Positions 1-10,553 of a stretch of 64,000 bases of DNA are shown piece by piece. Where the stretch lies: contig OZ220089.1 in assembly GCA_964291625.2 (NCBI GenBank), positions 4,192,001-4,256,000 of the forward strand. Reading direction: 5' to 3'. Made by a program: the position numbers and the translations under genes. Source of the DNA: Candidatus Latescibacterota bacterium. GTDB lineage: Bacteria; Latescibacterota; UBA2968; UBA8231. The first letter of the stretch is position 1, and the number at the start of each line of letters is the position of its first letter. A model generated the notes under the pieces. It was not told the origin of the DNA. It ran no database searches and saw only the letters and a program-made list of their open reading frames with translations.

Positions 1-728
1 ATCTCCACCAGCACGGCCAGGCCGTACCCCTTGTGGCCGGCCATGGGCAGCTGCGCCCCCTTCTCGGGAAACCCGGTGGGGTTGGTCGTGGGGACGCCCT
101 CCTCGTCCACCAGCCAGGTGTCGGGAATGCTGCGGCCTTCGTTCTTTGCCGCGAAGATCTTGGTGGCCGCCACGGCGCTGGTGGCGATGTCGAGCATGAC
201 CGTGCGGCCGGTGCCGGTCGGTGCGGCGTAGGCGATCGGATTGGTCCCCAGGACCCGGCTCTTGCCGCCCGGCACGGTCATGCACGGTTCGACGTTGCAC
301 ATGGACAGGCCGATCATGTCGTTCTCGGCGATCATGTTGGCGTAGAACCCGGCGGCGCCGTAGTGGCTGCTGCCCCGGATGCCGATGTAGCACATGCCGC
401 TTTCGCGGGCCTTGGCGACGGCCCGCTCGACGGCGCGGCAGGAGATCGCCGGCGGCATGCCGTCGCAGGCGTCGATGATCGCCCAGGACGGCCCCTCGGC
501 GACGACCTTTTCGCTTGCGGTGGCGACCAGGCGTCCTCGACGCGCATTCTGCATCAGGCCGCGGATCTGACGGCTGCCGTGCGTGAAGGTGCCCCACGTG
601 TCGGTGGTGACGAAGACGTGGGCGCTGAGCTCGGCGTCTTCCCGGCTGAGACCGGCTTTGACCATGGCGGCGGTGCAGAACGCCTTCAGGTCGTCCGGTT
701 GGATGTTCCGGCGAGTGGATTCAGTCAA
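1..728 (-). CDS. Ldh_2 family (malate/L-lactate/ureidoglycolate dehydrogenase-like) oxidoreductase, truncated by the window edge
   Basis: Manual translation (not in ORF track): TTG at 728 after GAGGG; LTESTRRNIQPDDLKAFC...DTWGTFTHG...HYGAAG...LPMAGHKGYGLAVLVEI, typical Ldh_2 motifs. Confidence 0.85.
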   Translation of the reverse strand, partial: MTESTRRNIQPDDLKAFCTAAMVKAGLSREDAELSAHVFVTTDTWGTFTHGSRQIRGLMQNARRGRLVATASEKVVAEGPSWAIIDACDGMPPAISCRAVERAVAKARESGMCYIGIRGSSHYGAAGFYANMIAENDMIGLSMCNVEPCMTVPGGKSRVLGTNPIAYAAPTGTGRTVMLDIATSAVAATKIFAAKNEGRSIPDTWLVDEEGVPTTNPTGFPEKGAQLPMAGHKGYGLAVLVE

Positions 729-917
729 TGGATCGGTCCCTCTTGTGGTTGGTGTGGGGTCTGCTCGCAGGGACGTATAGTTTTCCCGGCGGCGCGGTCA
801 AGGAGGGATGGCTTCCGTCGTCCTTCGGGCCCGTCCTTGACGGGTATGGGAGAGGGCCCTTTCGTGCCCGGCCATCCACTCGCTGACCTGGCATCGCAGT
901 CACTCCGGGAGACCACA

Positions 918-1703
918 ATGGGCGGCAGCACGGGGCTTGAAGAGTACGTGACCATGGAGGAGTACCTCGAGGGCCGGCGCTGCATCATCACCGGCGCCGG
1001 CGGGACGATCGGCAAGCTCCTCGCGACCTTCATCGCCTCGCGCGGCGGAGTCCCCATTCTGGTCGATGTGGTGCCGCAAGAGGAGACCGAGGAGGCCGTT
1101 GCAGCCTACGGCGGCGACTACAGCTCACACCGCGTGGACCTGAGCGATGTGGATCAGATCAGGTCCTTCTACGCCGAGATCGCCGAACGCTACGACGGCC
1201 TCGACCTGCTCATCAACAACGCCGGCCTCCTCAGCGAGGTGAAGCTCCTCGACATGACCGAGGACGACTGGGACCGCGTCCTCGACGTGAATGCCAGGGG
1301 CGCGGCCTTCATGAGCCAGGGCGCGGTGGGCCTGATGCAGCATGGCAGCGGCGACCGGCAGATCATCAATATCGTGTCCCTGGCCGCACTGGTGGGCGGG
1401 CTGTACGTGGGGGCGCCCTATGTCTGCAGCAAGGCGGCCCTCCTCGGGCTCAGCCGCAACTACGCGGTGCAGGCGGGCCGGGAGTTCGGGATTCGCGTCA
1501 ACTCCATCAGCCCGGTCATCGTAAGGGGCCAGATGATCTCCAACACGCCCCGCGAGGCGATCGACGGGGTGAAGAGCCTGATGAAGGTGTGGAACCAGGA
1601 AGTGCCGCCCGTGCACCTCCTCTACGTTCTTGAAATGTTGTGCAGGACTCCGTCGATGACGGGAAAGAACATCGTCCTCGACGGCGGCATTCTGCTGGAG
1701 TAG
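918..1703 (+). CDS. SDR family NAD(P)-dependent oxidoreductase
   Basis: TGAGGTIG, NNAG and YVCSK (YxxxK) motifs; ATG at 918 after GGAG (alternative start 954); C-terminal part of ORF 33..1703. Confidence 0.9.
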   Translation: MGGSTGLEEYVTMEEYLEGRRCIITGAGGTIGKLLATFIASRGGVPILVDVVPQEETEEAVAAYGGDYSSHRVDLSDVDQIRSFYAEIAERYDGLDLLINNAGLLSEVKLLDMTEDDWDRVLDVNARGAAFMSQGAVGLMQHGSGDRQIINIVSLAALVGGLYVGAPYVCSKAALLGLSRNYAVQAGREFGIRVNSISPVIVRGQMISNTPREAIDGVKSLMKVWNQEVPPVHLLYVLEMLCRTPSMTGKNIVLDGGILLE

Positions 1704-1705
1704 GC

Positions 1706-2503
1706 ATGGCTTTCGATACCACTCTCCACGACCCCGCGCTGAGCGCCGCCGAGCTCCAGCGGTTTCGCGAACAGGGCTACGTGCGCCTCGGCCACGTGGC
1801 TCCCCGGGAGGAGATCGGGGCCCTCTGCCGGCGCATCGACCAGATCATGCTCGGCGAGGTGCGCTACGACAGCATGCTCATGCAGCTGTGCCCTTCAGCC
1901 GGCAACCCCGAACTGTCGCGGCAGACCAGGCAGTTCAAGGGGTCCTCCCTCAAGTACCGCAAGATCCAGGACCTGGAGCAGGACCCGCTGTTTCTGGACT
2001 ACATGCAGAAGCCGCTCTTCCGCGACTTGACCGCGAAGATCGTCGGCCCGGAGATCTCGGTCTTCCGCGCCATGTTCTTCAACAAGCCCGCGGAGCAGGG
2101 CGTCATGATCAACTGGCACCAGGACGGCGCCGGCGGCTGGCAACTGAGCATTCCCCCCAGGGTCACGGTGTGGACGGCCCTCGACGACACGTGCGTTGCC
2201 AACGGCTGCCTGCAGATCATCCCGGGCTCGCACCACACCATGATCCCCGAGAAGGGCGACCAGCTCTCGGCGGGGGAGCGCGCCCTGCACGCCCCGGACG
2301 AGAAGCGGCTGTACCTGGAACTGGACAAGGGCGAGGTGGTGCTCCTGCACAACTGGACCCTGCACCGCTCGGAGACGAACAGCACCGACCGCCCGCGCCG
2401 CGCCTTCAGCGTCTGCTACATCGACGCGGCCACCCGCCAGACGACCACGGGGCGCGCCTATCCCCGCGTCTTCCCGGACTACCAGCCCATCACAGATAGT
2501 TGA
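1706..2503 (+). CDS. Phytanoyl-CoA dioxygenase (PhyH) family Fe(II)/2-oxoglutarate dioxygenase
   Basis: WHQD...WTALDD...NGCLQIIPGSH...LHRS...RRA motifs; ATG 2 nt after the SDR stop. Confidence 0.9.
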   Translation: MAFDTTLHDPALSAAELQRFREQGYVRLGHVAPREEIGALCRRIDQIMLGEVRYDSMLMQLCPSAGNPELSRQTRQFKGSSLKYRKIQDLEQDPLFLDYMQKPLFRDLTAKIVGPEISVFRAMFFNKPAEQGVMINWHQDGAGGWQLSIPPRVTVWTALDDTCVANGCLQIIPGSHHTMIPEKGDQLSAGERALHAPDEKRLYLELDKGEVVLLHNWTLHRSETNSTDRPRRAFSVCYIDAATRQTTTGRAYPRVFPDYQPITDS

Positions 2504-3938
2504 TGAAGGCGACCTTGTGCTCGGTGAAGAACTCGATCCCGGTGTCGCCCGATTCGGGGATCCCGTGCCCCGACGACTTCACCCCGCCGAATGAGAGCTG
2601 GGGTTCGCGGTAGGCCGTCATCATGTTGACGTGGGTCAGCCCCACGTCGGTCTCTTCGAGGAACCGGAAGGCCCGCCCCATGTCGCGCGTGAAGATCGAC
2701 GACGCCAGCCCGAACTCCACGCCATTGGCGATCTCCAGGGCTTCGGAGAAGTCCTCCGCCACCATCAGGCACAACACCGGGCCGAAGATCTCCTCCTGGG
2801 CGATTCGCATCTGCGGCTGCACGTCGGTGAAGACCGTGGGCGCCATGAAGCACCCCTTGTCGAGTCCGTTCCCGGTCAGGCGCTCGCCTCCGTGGGCGAG
2901 GCAGGCCCCCTCCGCCTGGCCGATCTCGATGTAGCCCTCGATGGTCTCGAGCTGGTCCGTGCCGCACACCGGTCCCATGTCCACCCCGTCCTCGGTCCCG
3001 CGCCCAACGCGGATTCCCCTGACGCGCTCCAGCACCTTGGCGGTGAAGGCCGCGGCGACCTCGCCCTCGGCGATGGCCCGGCTCGTGGAAGTGCACCACT
3101 GGCCGGCGCAGGCGTAGGCCGCCTTGACGACGGCATCCGCGGCCAGGTCGAGGTCGGCGTCGGCCAGGATCACCGCGGGGTTCTTGCCGCCCATCTCCAG
3201 CTGCGTGCGGATCATCCCCCGGGCGGCGCGCTGCTGAATCCCCCGGCCCACCTCGGTCGAGCCGGTAAAGGAGATCGACTGCACCAGGGGATGGGTGATC
3301 ATCGTCTCTCCGACGGTGCTCCCCCCGCCGCAGACGAAGTTCAGCACCCCCGGAGGCAGTCCCGCCTCGGCGAAGATGTCGACGAAAGCCCGCCCGGCTC
3401 CGGGCGTCAGGCTCGCCGGCTTGAAGACGATGGTGTTGCCGCTGACCAGCGCCGGCGTGCACTTGCGGCCCGGCACGTTGAAGGGAAAGTTCCAGGGGCT
3501 GATGATCGACGCCACCCCGAGGGGCCGCCGCACGCCGTAGGCGAACACCCCGGCCTGCGCCGAGGGCGCGGTCTGGCCGCACATGGAGATCCCCCGGGCG
3601 ATCTGGAACTCCATCTCGCGCACCGCCGACGCCACTTCGGTGCGCCCTTCGTCGAGGGTCTTGCCGTTCTCCGCGGTGAGGACGGCGGCGATTTCCTCGG
3701 TCCGCCCTTTGAGCACCGCCACGGCCCTCGACAGGTGCTCCGCTCGCTGGTACACGCCCATCTCCGCCCATGCCGGAAACGCCGCGTGGGCCGCTTCGAT
3801 GGCTTGCCCGGCGTCGGCGCTGGTGCCCTGGGGCCACTCCCCGGTTACGTGCTCCAGGTCGGCGGGATTGCGCTGGGAAAAGGTCTTTCCGTTCGAGGCG
3901 CCGACCGACCGGCCGTCGATGTAGTTCAGAGATTCCAT
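2490..3938 (-). CDS. Aldehyde dehydrogenase family protein (2,5-dioxopentanoate dehydrogenase-like)
   Basis: PWNFP, FTGSTEVG, LEMGGKNP, GQWCTS, EEIFGP motifs. Confidence 0.92.
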   Translation of the reverse strand: MESLNYIDGRSVGASNGKTFSQRNPADLEHVTGEWPQGTSADAGQAIEAAHAAFPAWAEMGVYQRAEHLSRAVAVLKGRTEEIAAVLTAENGKTLDEGRTEVASAVREMEFQIARGISMCGQTAPSAQAGVFAYGVRRPLGVASIISPWNFPFNVPGRKCTPALVSGNTIVFKPASLTPGAGRAFVDIFAEAGLPPGVLNFVCGGGSTVGETMITHPLVQSISFTGSTEVGRGIQQRAARGMIRTQLEMGGKNPAVILADADLDLAADAVVKAAYACAGQWCTSTSRAIAEGEVAAAFTAKVLERVRGIRVGRGTEDGVDMGPVCGTDQLETIEGYIEIGQAEGACLAHGGERLTGNGLDKGCFMAPTVFTDVQPQMRIAQEEIFGPVLCLMVAEDFSEALEIANGVEFGLASSIFTRDMGRAFRFLEETDVGLTHVNMMTAYREPQLSFGGVKSSGHGIPESGDTGIEFFTEHKVAFINYL

Positions 3939-4186
3939 GGGAGCTCCAGTGAGAAGTGATTCGTGGATGCGCTGCGGCGCCCCGGACCGGGGACCGTGGC
4001 TGACCCCGCGGCGTCAGCAGCAGTCATGTACGCACTCCGCGGGTTGTGGTATCTTGTGCCGGCCGGAATCAAGGAGGTCCCGGCTCGGCGCCGCCACTCC
4101 GCCGCGAAGGGTGGACGCCATCCGGGTTGCGTGCAAGGCGAGGGACCGGTAGCAGCCTCCTCCTGCAACCACGAGGATCGAGTCCC

Positions 4187-5941
4187 ATGAGCCGACTGGG
4201 CGCCCTGAGCGCCGCGGGGGCAGCGGCCGTCCTCTGCCTGGCCCCGCCCGCGGGCGGGGCCGATCAACCCGCGCCTCCTCCCGCGGTGGAGTACGTCGAC
4301 GTGGCCGGGCAGGTCGGGGTCGACTTCCGGCACGTCACCGGCGCGAGCGGCCGGCGGTACTTCCCGGAGACCATGGGCTCCGGGGTCGGCTTCGTCGACT
4401 TCGACGGCGACCAGGACCTGGACATCTACTTCGTCAACGGCGCCGCCTTCCCGGGATACGAGGGACCGCCGGGCCCGGTCAACGCCCTCTTTCGCAACGA
4501 CGGCGGCCGCTTCGTGGAGGCGGCGCGGGAGGCCGGCGTGGCCGACCCCGGCCACGGCATGGGGTGCGCCTTCGCCGACCATGACAACGACGGCGACGCC
4601 GACCTCTACCTGACCAACTACGGCGCCAACGTCTTCTACCGGAACGACGGCGGCGGCAGGTACCGCGATGTCACCCGCCAGGCCGCGGCGGCGGACACCG
4701 CCTGGAGCACGGGCAGCACCTTCTTCGACTACGACAACGACGGCGACCTCGACCTCTACGTGGCCAACTACGTCCACTACGACCTCGCCTTCGCGGGCAA
4801 GGACCTGGAAGCCTATCTGCCCGTCTCACGGCGGGCCCCGGGAGAAGGGATCGAGGCCTACCCCCATCCGCGGAACTTCGCCGGCGCCGAGGACCACCTG
4901 TTCCGCAACGAGGGCGGCGGCCGTTTCCGCGACGTCACCCGGCCGGCCGGGCTGGTGGACACCTCGGCCGCGGCCGGACGGGGGCTGGGCGTGGTGGCCA
5001 CCGACTACGACAACGACGGCTGGAGCGACCTCTACGTGGCCAACGACGCCGTGCCCAACTTCCTATACCACAACGAGGGCGGCGGGCGCTTCTCGGAGGT
5101 CGGCGGCGTGGCCGGCGTGGCCTACGGCGAGGACGGCCAGGAGGAGGCGGGGATGGGGGTCGACGCCGCCGACTACGACAACGACGGCCGCGCGGACCTG
5201 GTGGTCACCAATTTCGAGAACGAGCCCAACAGCCTCTACCGGAACCGGGGGAGCGGGTACTTCCCCCACGCCTCTTTCCCCGCCGGGGTCGGCCGGGTCA
5301 GCCTGCGCTTCCTCTCCTTCGGCATCGGATTTCTCGACTACGACAACGACGGCTACCAGGACCTGTTCGTCGCCAACGGCCACGTCCTCGACAACGCCTC
5401 CGCCTTCCACAAGTCCAGCCGCTACGGCCAGCCGAACCAGTTGCTGCGGAACCTGGGGCCCGACGCCGCCGGCCGCTACCGCTTCCGCGACATCTCGTCG
5501 CGGGCGGGGGAGGCCCTGACCCGGGCGCGGGTCAGCCGCGGCTGCGCCGTGGGCGACTACGACGACGACGGCGACACCGACATCGTGGTCAGCAACAGCG
5601 GGCAGCCGGCGGCCCTGCTGCGCAACGAGGGCGGGAACTCGCGCCGCTGGCTCACCATCTCCGCCCGGGGCGGGCCCGGCAACCGCGACGCCATCGGCGC
5701 GCGGATCGAGGTGTGGGCGGGGGACCTCTACCAGGTGAGGGAGGTCCGGGGCAGCTTCAGCTATCTTTCGCAGCGGGACCTGCGGGTGAGCTTCGGCCTG
5801 GGCGCCCGGACGCGGGTCGACTCGCTGCGGGTCCACTGGCCCGGCGGCGGCGTCGAGCGCCTGGCCGATCTGCAGGCCGATCGCTTCGTCACGCTGGTCG
5901 AGGGCCGGGTGGGACACCCCGACCCGGCTCCCGGCCCTTGA
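4187..5941 (+). CDS. CRTAC1/ASPIC-UnbV family secreted protein with FG-GAP/VCBS repeats
   Basis: Signal peptide, repeated DxDxDGxxDLY motifs, C-terminal AIGARIEV...SFGLG ASPIC/UnbV domain. Confidence 0.9.
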   Translation: MSRLGALSAAGAAAVLCLAPPAGGADQPAPPPAVEYVDVAGQVGVDFRHVTGASGRRYFPETMGSGVGFVDFDGDQDLDIYFVNGAAFPGYEGPPGPVNALFRNDGGRFVEAAREAGVADPGHGMGCAFADHDNDGDADLYLTNYGANVFYRNDGGGRYRDVTRQAAAADTAWSTGSTFFDYDNDGDLDLYVANYVHYDLAFAGKDLEAYLPVSRRAPGEGIEAYPHPRNFAGAEDHLFRNEGGGRFRDVTRPAGLVDTSAAAGRGLGVVATDYDNDGWSDLYVANDAVPNFLYHNEGGGRFSEVGGVAGVAYGEDGQEEAGMGVDAADYDNDGRADLVVTNFENEPNSLYRNRGSGYFPHASFPAGVGRVSLRFLSFGIGFLDYDNDGYQDLFVANGHVLDNASAFHKSSRYGQPNQLLRNLGPDAAGRYRFRDISSRAGEALTRARVSRGCAVGDYDDDGDTDIVVSNSGQPAALLRNEGGNSRRWLTISARGGPGNRDAIGARIEVWAGDLYQVREVRGSFSYLSQRDLRVSFGLGARTRVDSLRVHWPGGGVERLADLQADRFVTLVEGRVGHPDPAPGP

Positions 5942-5964
5942 AAGCTCATACAGGAGGAGCACAC

Positions 5965-7851
5965 ATGGCAGTCACCCTGGAAGCCCGCGAGTCCGCCCGG
6001 ACGCCACCGCAGTGGGCCGTGTTGCAGCGCCAGCTCTTCGACGCCATCGAGGACGCCGCTCCGCGGGCCCTCGAGCGGTACACCCATCCGGACGGGCGCC
6101 TGCTCTGGCCCCCGAGTCCCGACTTCCAGAGCATCGACGCCCTGGACGACTGCTACGAGAGCTTCCACAACTGGCCCCTCTTCTACCTGCTCGGCGGCAG
6201 CGACCGCTTCCTGGCCGACGGCCAGCGGGAGTTCGACGCCATCAACGAGCAGATGAGCCGACATGGCACCGGGCACGGCTACCCCATGGTGGTGGGGGAG
6301 TACCAGCCGGGCTACGACTGGTTCCACCAGGGCGAGGGCAACTACCTGTTCTACATGCTCTGCATGGCCGATCCGGCCAACGGGGCCAACATCGAGCGGG
6401 CCCGGCGCTTCGCCGGGCTGTTCCTCGGTGAGGACCCGGAGGCGCCCAACTACGACCCGGAGCACCGGATCATCCGCTGCGCGAGGAACGGCAGCAAGGG
6501 GCCGGCCTGGTGGGCCTTCGACGAAGGCCCCCACTGGCCCTACGAGGGCTACAACCTGCCCTTCTACGACGTGCCGGGATGCACCGATCACGAGGCGGTG
6601 CGAGCCGATCCCGAGCTGGGCGTGCGGCTGGGGGAGGCGATGCGCGACCGCATGGGTCGCGGCGACGCCGTGGTCAACCTCCTGGCCACCACCCTGGCGG
6701 CCAACGCCTTCCTGCTGACGGGGGACGGGAAGTACCGCGACTGGGTCCTGGAGTACACCGAGGCGTGGATGGAGCGCGCCGGCGCCAACGGCGGCATCGT
6801 GCCCGACAACGTCGGCCTCTCCGGGGTCGTGGGCGAGCACCTCAACGGCAAGTGGTACGGGTCGATGTACGGCTGGGCCTGGCCCCACGGCTGGCACAGC
6901 GTCGGGCAGGCCGTGGGGGTGGCGGCCCAGAACTGCGCCCTGCTGACGCGGCGGCTGGAGTACATGGAGTTTGCGCGGTCGCAGATCGACGCCCTCGTCT
7001 CCCGCGGGATCGAGCGCGACGACCAGCTCTACGTGCCCCACAAGTACGACGATCCCGGGCTCGTCGACTACAAGCCGGGCGAGTGGATGTGGTACCCCAT
7101 CCGCAAGGAGGACGGCACCGCCCTGCAGCAGGACGGCTGGTTCGAGTTCATGCCCATGTACCCGTCCGACATCGCCCACCTGTGGTGCATGTCGATGGAC
7201 CGGGCCGACTCGGGGCGGTTCGAGCGGACCCGCAAGCGCTCGGGCGACCCCTTCGACATCAGCTCGTGGCACCACACCAAGGACCAGGGCGGGCACGACT
7301 GGGGCTGGATGGCGTACCTGCACGGCGGGTTCCCCGAGTATCCGGAGCGGATCCTGCAGCACAATCTGGACCAGATGCAGGCGCGCCTCGACTTCATGGC
7401 CCAGGACGAGCAGGACCCCGCCACCTACAACGACGCCTATTTCCAGCAGCGGAACCCGGTCACCTGCGAAGGCCTGGTGCAACTCACCCTGGGCGCCCCC
7501 CTCCCGCACTACAACGGGGGTCTGCTGGTCACGCGGCTGCGTCACTTCGACATCCAGCGCCGCCGGCCGGGGCTGCCGCCCGACGTGGCCGCCCTGGTCT
7601 CGGGGCTGAGCGGCGACCGGGCCGAGCTGACCATGGTGAACCTGAGCCCGACGGAGCGCCGCGAGGTGCTGATCCAGGCGGGGGGCATGGGGGAGCACGA
7701 GTTCACCGAGGTCGAGGTCGACGGGGCGGATCGGCGGGTTCCGGTGAACGCCGGAACTTTCGCGCTGGCCCTGCCCCCGAGCACCCGGGCCCGGCTCGTG
7801 CTGGGCATGGAGCGGTATGTCCACGAGCCGAGCCTGGCCCTGCCGTGGTGA
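5965..7851 (+). CDS. Conserved hypothetical protein, W/Y/G-rich, possibly an (alpha/alpha)-barrel hydrolase or lyase
   Basis: ATG after AGGAGG; protein-like 628 aa (DDCYESFHNWPLFY, YDWFHQGEG, WYGSMYGWAWPHG); fold is a guess. Confidence 0.7.
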   Translation: MAVTLEARESARTPPQWAVLQRQLFDAIEDAAPRALERYTHPDGRLLWPPSPDFQSIDALDDCYESFHNWPLFYLLGGSDRFLADGQREFDAINEQMSRHGTGHGYPMVVGEYQPGYDWFHQGEGNYLFYMLCMADPANGANIERARRFAGLFLGEDPEAPNYDPEHRIIRCARNGSKGPAWWAFDEGPHWPYEGYNLPFYDVPGCTDHEAVRADPELGVRLGEAMRDRMGRGDAVVNLLATTLAANAFLLTGDGKYRDWVLEYTEAWMERAGANGGIVPDNVGLSGVVGEHLNGKWYGSMYGWAWPHGWHSVGQAVGVAAQNCALLTRRLEYMEFARSQIDALVSRGIERDDQLYVPHKYDDPGLVDYKPGEWMWYPIRKEDGTALQQDGWFEFMPMYPSDIAHLWCMSMDRADSGRFERTRKRSGDPFDISSWHHTKDQGGHDWGWMAYLHGGFPEYPERILQHNLDQMQARLDFMAQDEQDPATYNDAYFQQRNPVTCEGLVQLTLGAPLPHYNGGLLVTRLRHFDIQRRRPGLPPDVAALVSGLSGDRAELTMVNLSPTERREVLIQAGGMGEHEFTEVEVDGADRRVPVNAGTFALALPPSTRARLVLGMERYVHEPSLALPW

Positions 7852-7863
7852 AGGTCGAGAGCG

Positions 7864-8744
7864 CTATGGTCCCGCCGCCCACTCCTCGTAGGCCCGGCGC
7901 ACCGCTTCGCGATCGACGAACGGCCGGTACAGGAGCCGCGCACGGTAGCGGTATGTGCGGCCGATCTCCGGGGCGCGGATGACGTACTGCCAGTCCCAGG
8001 CCGGGCTGTGCGGGTCCGGCCGTCCGCGCTCGTCCGGATGAAGTTCCACAGGGCGAAGCGGACCGGCGCCTCCTGGTCGAACATCATGGCGTAGACCATC
8101 CCGCTCTCCGCCAGACCGTAGTAGAAGGGCCGCAGGAAGCGCTTCCGGGGATCCTCGACGATGTTGAGGGTTTGCGCCCCTTCCTCGTACGGGAGGGGAT
8201 CGGCCGAGGCGTGGGCGACGGTGCCGGTCTCGAAGCCGCCGTCGGCGAGGTCCTCGCCGAAGCGGACCCAGCCCTCCTCCCCGTCGCAGGTCCCGTGGAA
8301 GTGAATCTCCCGGCCGCGGGTGCGGTTCATGTAGGAGGCCCACATGAAGGCGACGTACCCGAGGGGGGCGCAGCCCTCGTCGGTCAGGCGGGCGGTGAAC
8401 TCCATGTCGACGCAGTCCGGCCCGAGGCGGTAGCGCATCTCGCTCTCGATCCCCCAGGAGGAGTCGGCGGCCGGGTGGCGGACCGACGCTTCGCCGGGCG
8501 CGTGGGAGAGGAGGAGGCAGCGGTCCCTGCGGGGGGTGAACATCGAGCGGGGGGCGTCGGCGGCGGCGCCGTTCATGACGTGCTCGAAGTTCAGGCCCAC
8601 GGCGTCGTCCCGGAAGAGGTTGCGGTCGGGGCGGCTTTCGTGGCACAGGGGGGTGAAGCCGCTCCCCTGGCGGTCGGCGTTCGCCTCGTTGTCGAGGAGG
8701 AGGCCTTTGAAGGAGCCGCCTTCCAGTTCGATCGTCTCGGCCAT
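7864..8744 (-). pseudogene. Hypothetical protein (possibly galactose-mutarotase-like fold), frameshifted near 8034-8035
   Basis: N-terminal part (MAETIELEGG...FALWNFIR) is in ORF 7542..8789; C-terminal part (DERGRPDPHSPAWDWQYVIR...EEWAAGP) is in ORF 7864..8835; one extra G joins them into 293 aa. Confidence 0.7.
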
Positions 8745-9014
8745 GCTGAATCCCCGTGCTTGCCGCGGCGCACGCCCGCCGAGGGACACCGGCCTGGGGA
8801 CCGGTCTCGGTCGGGGCCCCTCGGGCGGCTCTCATCCGCGCCTCGCCGGCGCGGCACCCTTCCCTATACTAGACGGACCCGACGTGCCAGGGGAAGCCGG
8901 CTCCGGGTGGGCTGTCCCGACCACGGGCCCCGCGGCGCCCCACGCACTCCCGGTGGGACCACCGCTGCAGCCGCTCCCCCGGGTCCCGCCCCGTGATCGA
9001 GTGGGAGCCCGCGA

Positions 9015-10553
9015 TTGCATCCGATGTACGCAGCCCTGATTGGCCGCACCCTCTTCGCCCTGATGGCAACGGGACTGGGCGCCTGCCAGGCACCCGAACC
9101 GCCGCCGCCGGACCCGGAGCGGGACCGCCTCCGCGCCCTCGGGAACAGCCGTTTCCGCCAGGCCCGGTACCGCGACGCGCTGGCCGCCTATCAGCAGGCG
9201 TTGGCCCTGGACCCACACTCGGCGCGGGCTCACCACGATCTTGCCACGGCCTACATGAAGCTGGGCCGCAGGGACTCGGCCGAGACCGCGTATATCACGG
9301 CCCTGCGCCTGGATTCCACCTTCGTTCGCGCCTACCACAATCTGGCCGTGGCCTACGGGGAGGAGGGACGCCACCCGGAAGGGGTGGCCCTGCTGGAGGA
9401 GGCCGTACGCATCGATCCGGGCGCGGCGCCCTCGTACCGGCTTCTGGCCGGCCTGCACCAGGAGCAGGGGGCGTACGACCGGGCCGAGGAGGTCCTGCTG
9501 CGGGCCGTGGCGGCCGATTCGGCCGATGGGGAGGCGTGGTCGAGCCTGGGCCGGCTCCTGCGGCTGCAGGGGCGCATGGCGGAAGCCGAGGAGATGCTCA
9601 AGCGCGCTGTCCGATTCGCTCCCGCCAACAGGGAAGCCCACCGGGAGCTCGGGGTGCTCTACACCTACGCGGAGCGCTACGCGGAGGCCGAGGGCATGCT
9701 GCGCCGGGCTCTCGAGATCGACCCGGGATGGCCCGAGGCGTACCACAGCCTGGCCCGACTCCACTCCGCCCGCGGACGCGTGGAGGAGGCGCGGATCCTG
9801 CTGGACCGCTTTGCCGAGCTGAACCGGCGGGCCTCCCAGGTGCGCGCCCTGGAGGAGCAGGTGAATCAGGCCGGCGGCGGCCTCGGCTCCTACCTGGCGG
9901 CGGGGCGCTCCTACGGCGAGCTCGGCCGCTGGGAGGAGGCCACCGGAATGTACCGGGCCGTCCTGGAGCGCGAGCCCGGCCATCTCAGGGCTCTGGCGGG
10001 GTTGAGCCATGCCCGCCTGAACCGGGGCGACCTGGAGGAGGCGGTGGCGCTGGCCCGTCGGGTGATCTCCCTGGCCCCCCGTCGGCGCGAGGCCTGCGAG
10101 GCGCACTACACCATCGGCTACGCCGCGGTGCGGAACCAGCGCCTGGACCGGGCGCGGCAGGCCTTCGAGCGGGCCCTGCAGGTGGACACGACCTTTGCCA
10201 AGGCGCACCACGCCCTGGGCAACGTGGCCATGCTCCAGGGGCGGCCGGCCGAGGCCGAGGGATGCTACCGGAGGGCGATCCGCCATCGGCCGGACTGGGC
10301 GGATCCCCTGCTGAGCCTCGGACAGCTCTACCTCCGCCGGGGGGACCATGACCGGGCGATCGGGATGCTGCAGGCCGCGCTGCGGCTGGACTCGACCAGC
10401 GCCAGGGCCTACCTCGCCCTGGGGGACGCCTGGGAGAAGCTGGGGAAGGCGGGTGCGGCCGAGGAGGCCTGGCGAGCGGCGGCCGCCCACTGGCGGGGAG
10501 GCGGGCGCCAGCTCGCGGCGATCGAGGCTCGGATCGCGCGGCTTTCCCCCTGA
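9015..10553 (+). CDS. Tetratricopeptide repeat (TPR) lipoprotein
   Basis: LGAC lipobox followed by many TPR repeats (AYHNLAVAY, AWSSLGRLL, AHHALGNVA); alternative ATG at 9024. Confidence 0.88.
   Translation: MHPMYAALIGRTLFALMATGLGACQAPEPPPPDPERDRLRALGNSRFRQARYRDALAAYQQALALDPHSARAHHDLATAYMKLGRRDSAETAYITALRLDSTFVRAYHNLAVAYGEEGRHPEGVALLEEAVRIDPGAAPSYRLLAGLHQEQGAYDRAEEVLLRAVAADSADGEAWSSLGRLLRLQGRMAEAEEMLKRAVRFAPANREAHRELGVLYTYAERYAEAEGMLRRALEIDPGWPEAYHSLARLHSARGRVEEARILLDRFAELNRRASQVRALEEQVNQAGGGLGSYLAAGRSYGELGRWEEATGMYRAVLEREPGHLRALAGLSHARLNRGDLEEAVALARRVISLAPRRREACEAHYTIGYAAVRNQRLDRARQAFERALQVDTTFAKAHHALGNVAMLQGRPAEAEGCYRRAIRHRPDWADPLLSLGQLYLRRGDHDRAIGMLQAALRLDSTSARAYLALGDAWEKLGKAGAAEEAWRAAAAHWRGGGRQLAAIEARIARLSP

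Noticed and set aside
33-917. Long N-terminal extension of the SDR ORF
   Set aside because: Overlaps the Ldh_2 gene on the opposite strand; an RBS and ATG at 918 fit a normal SDR
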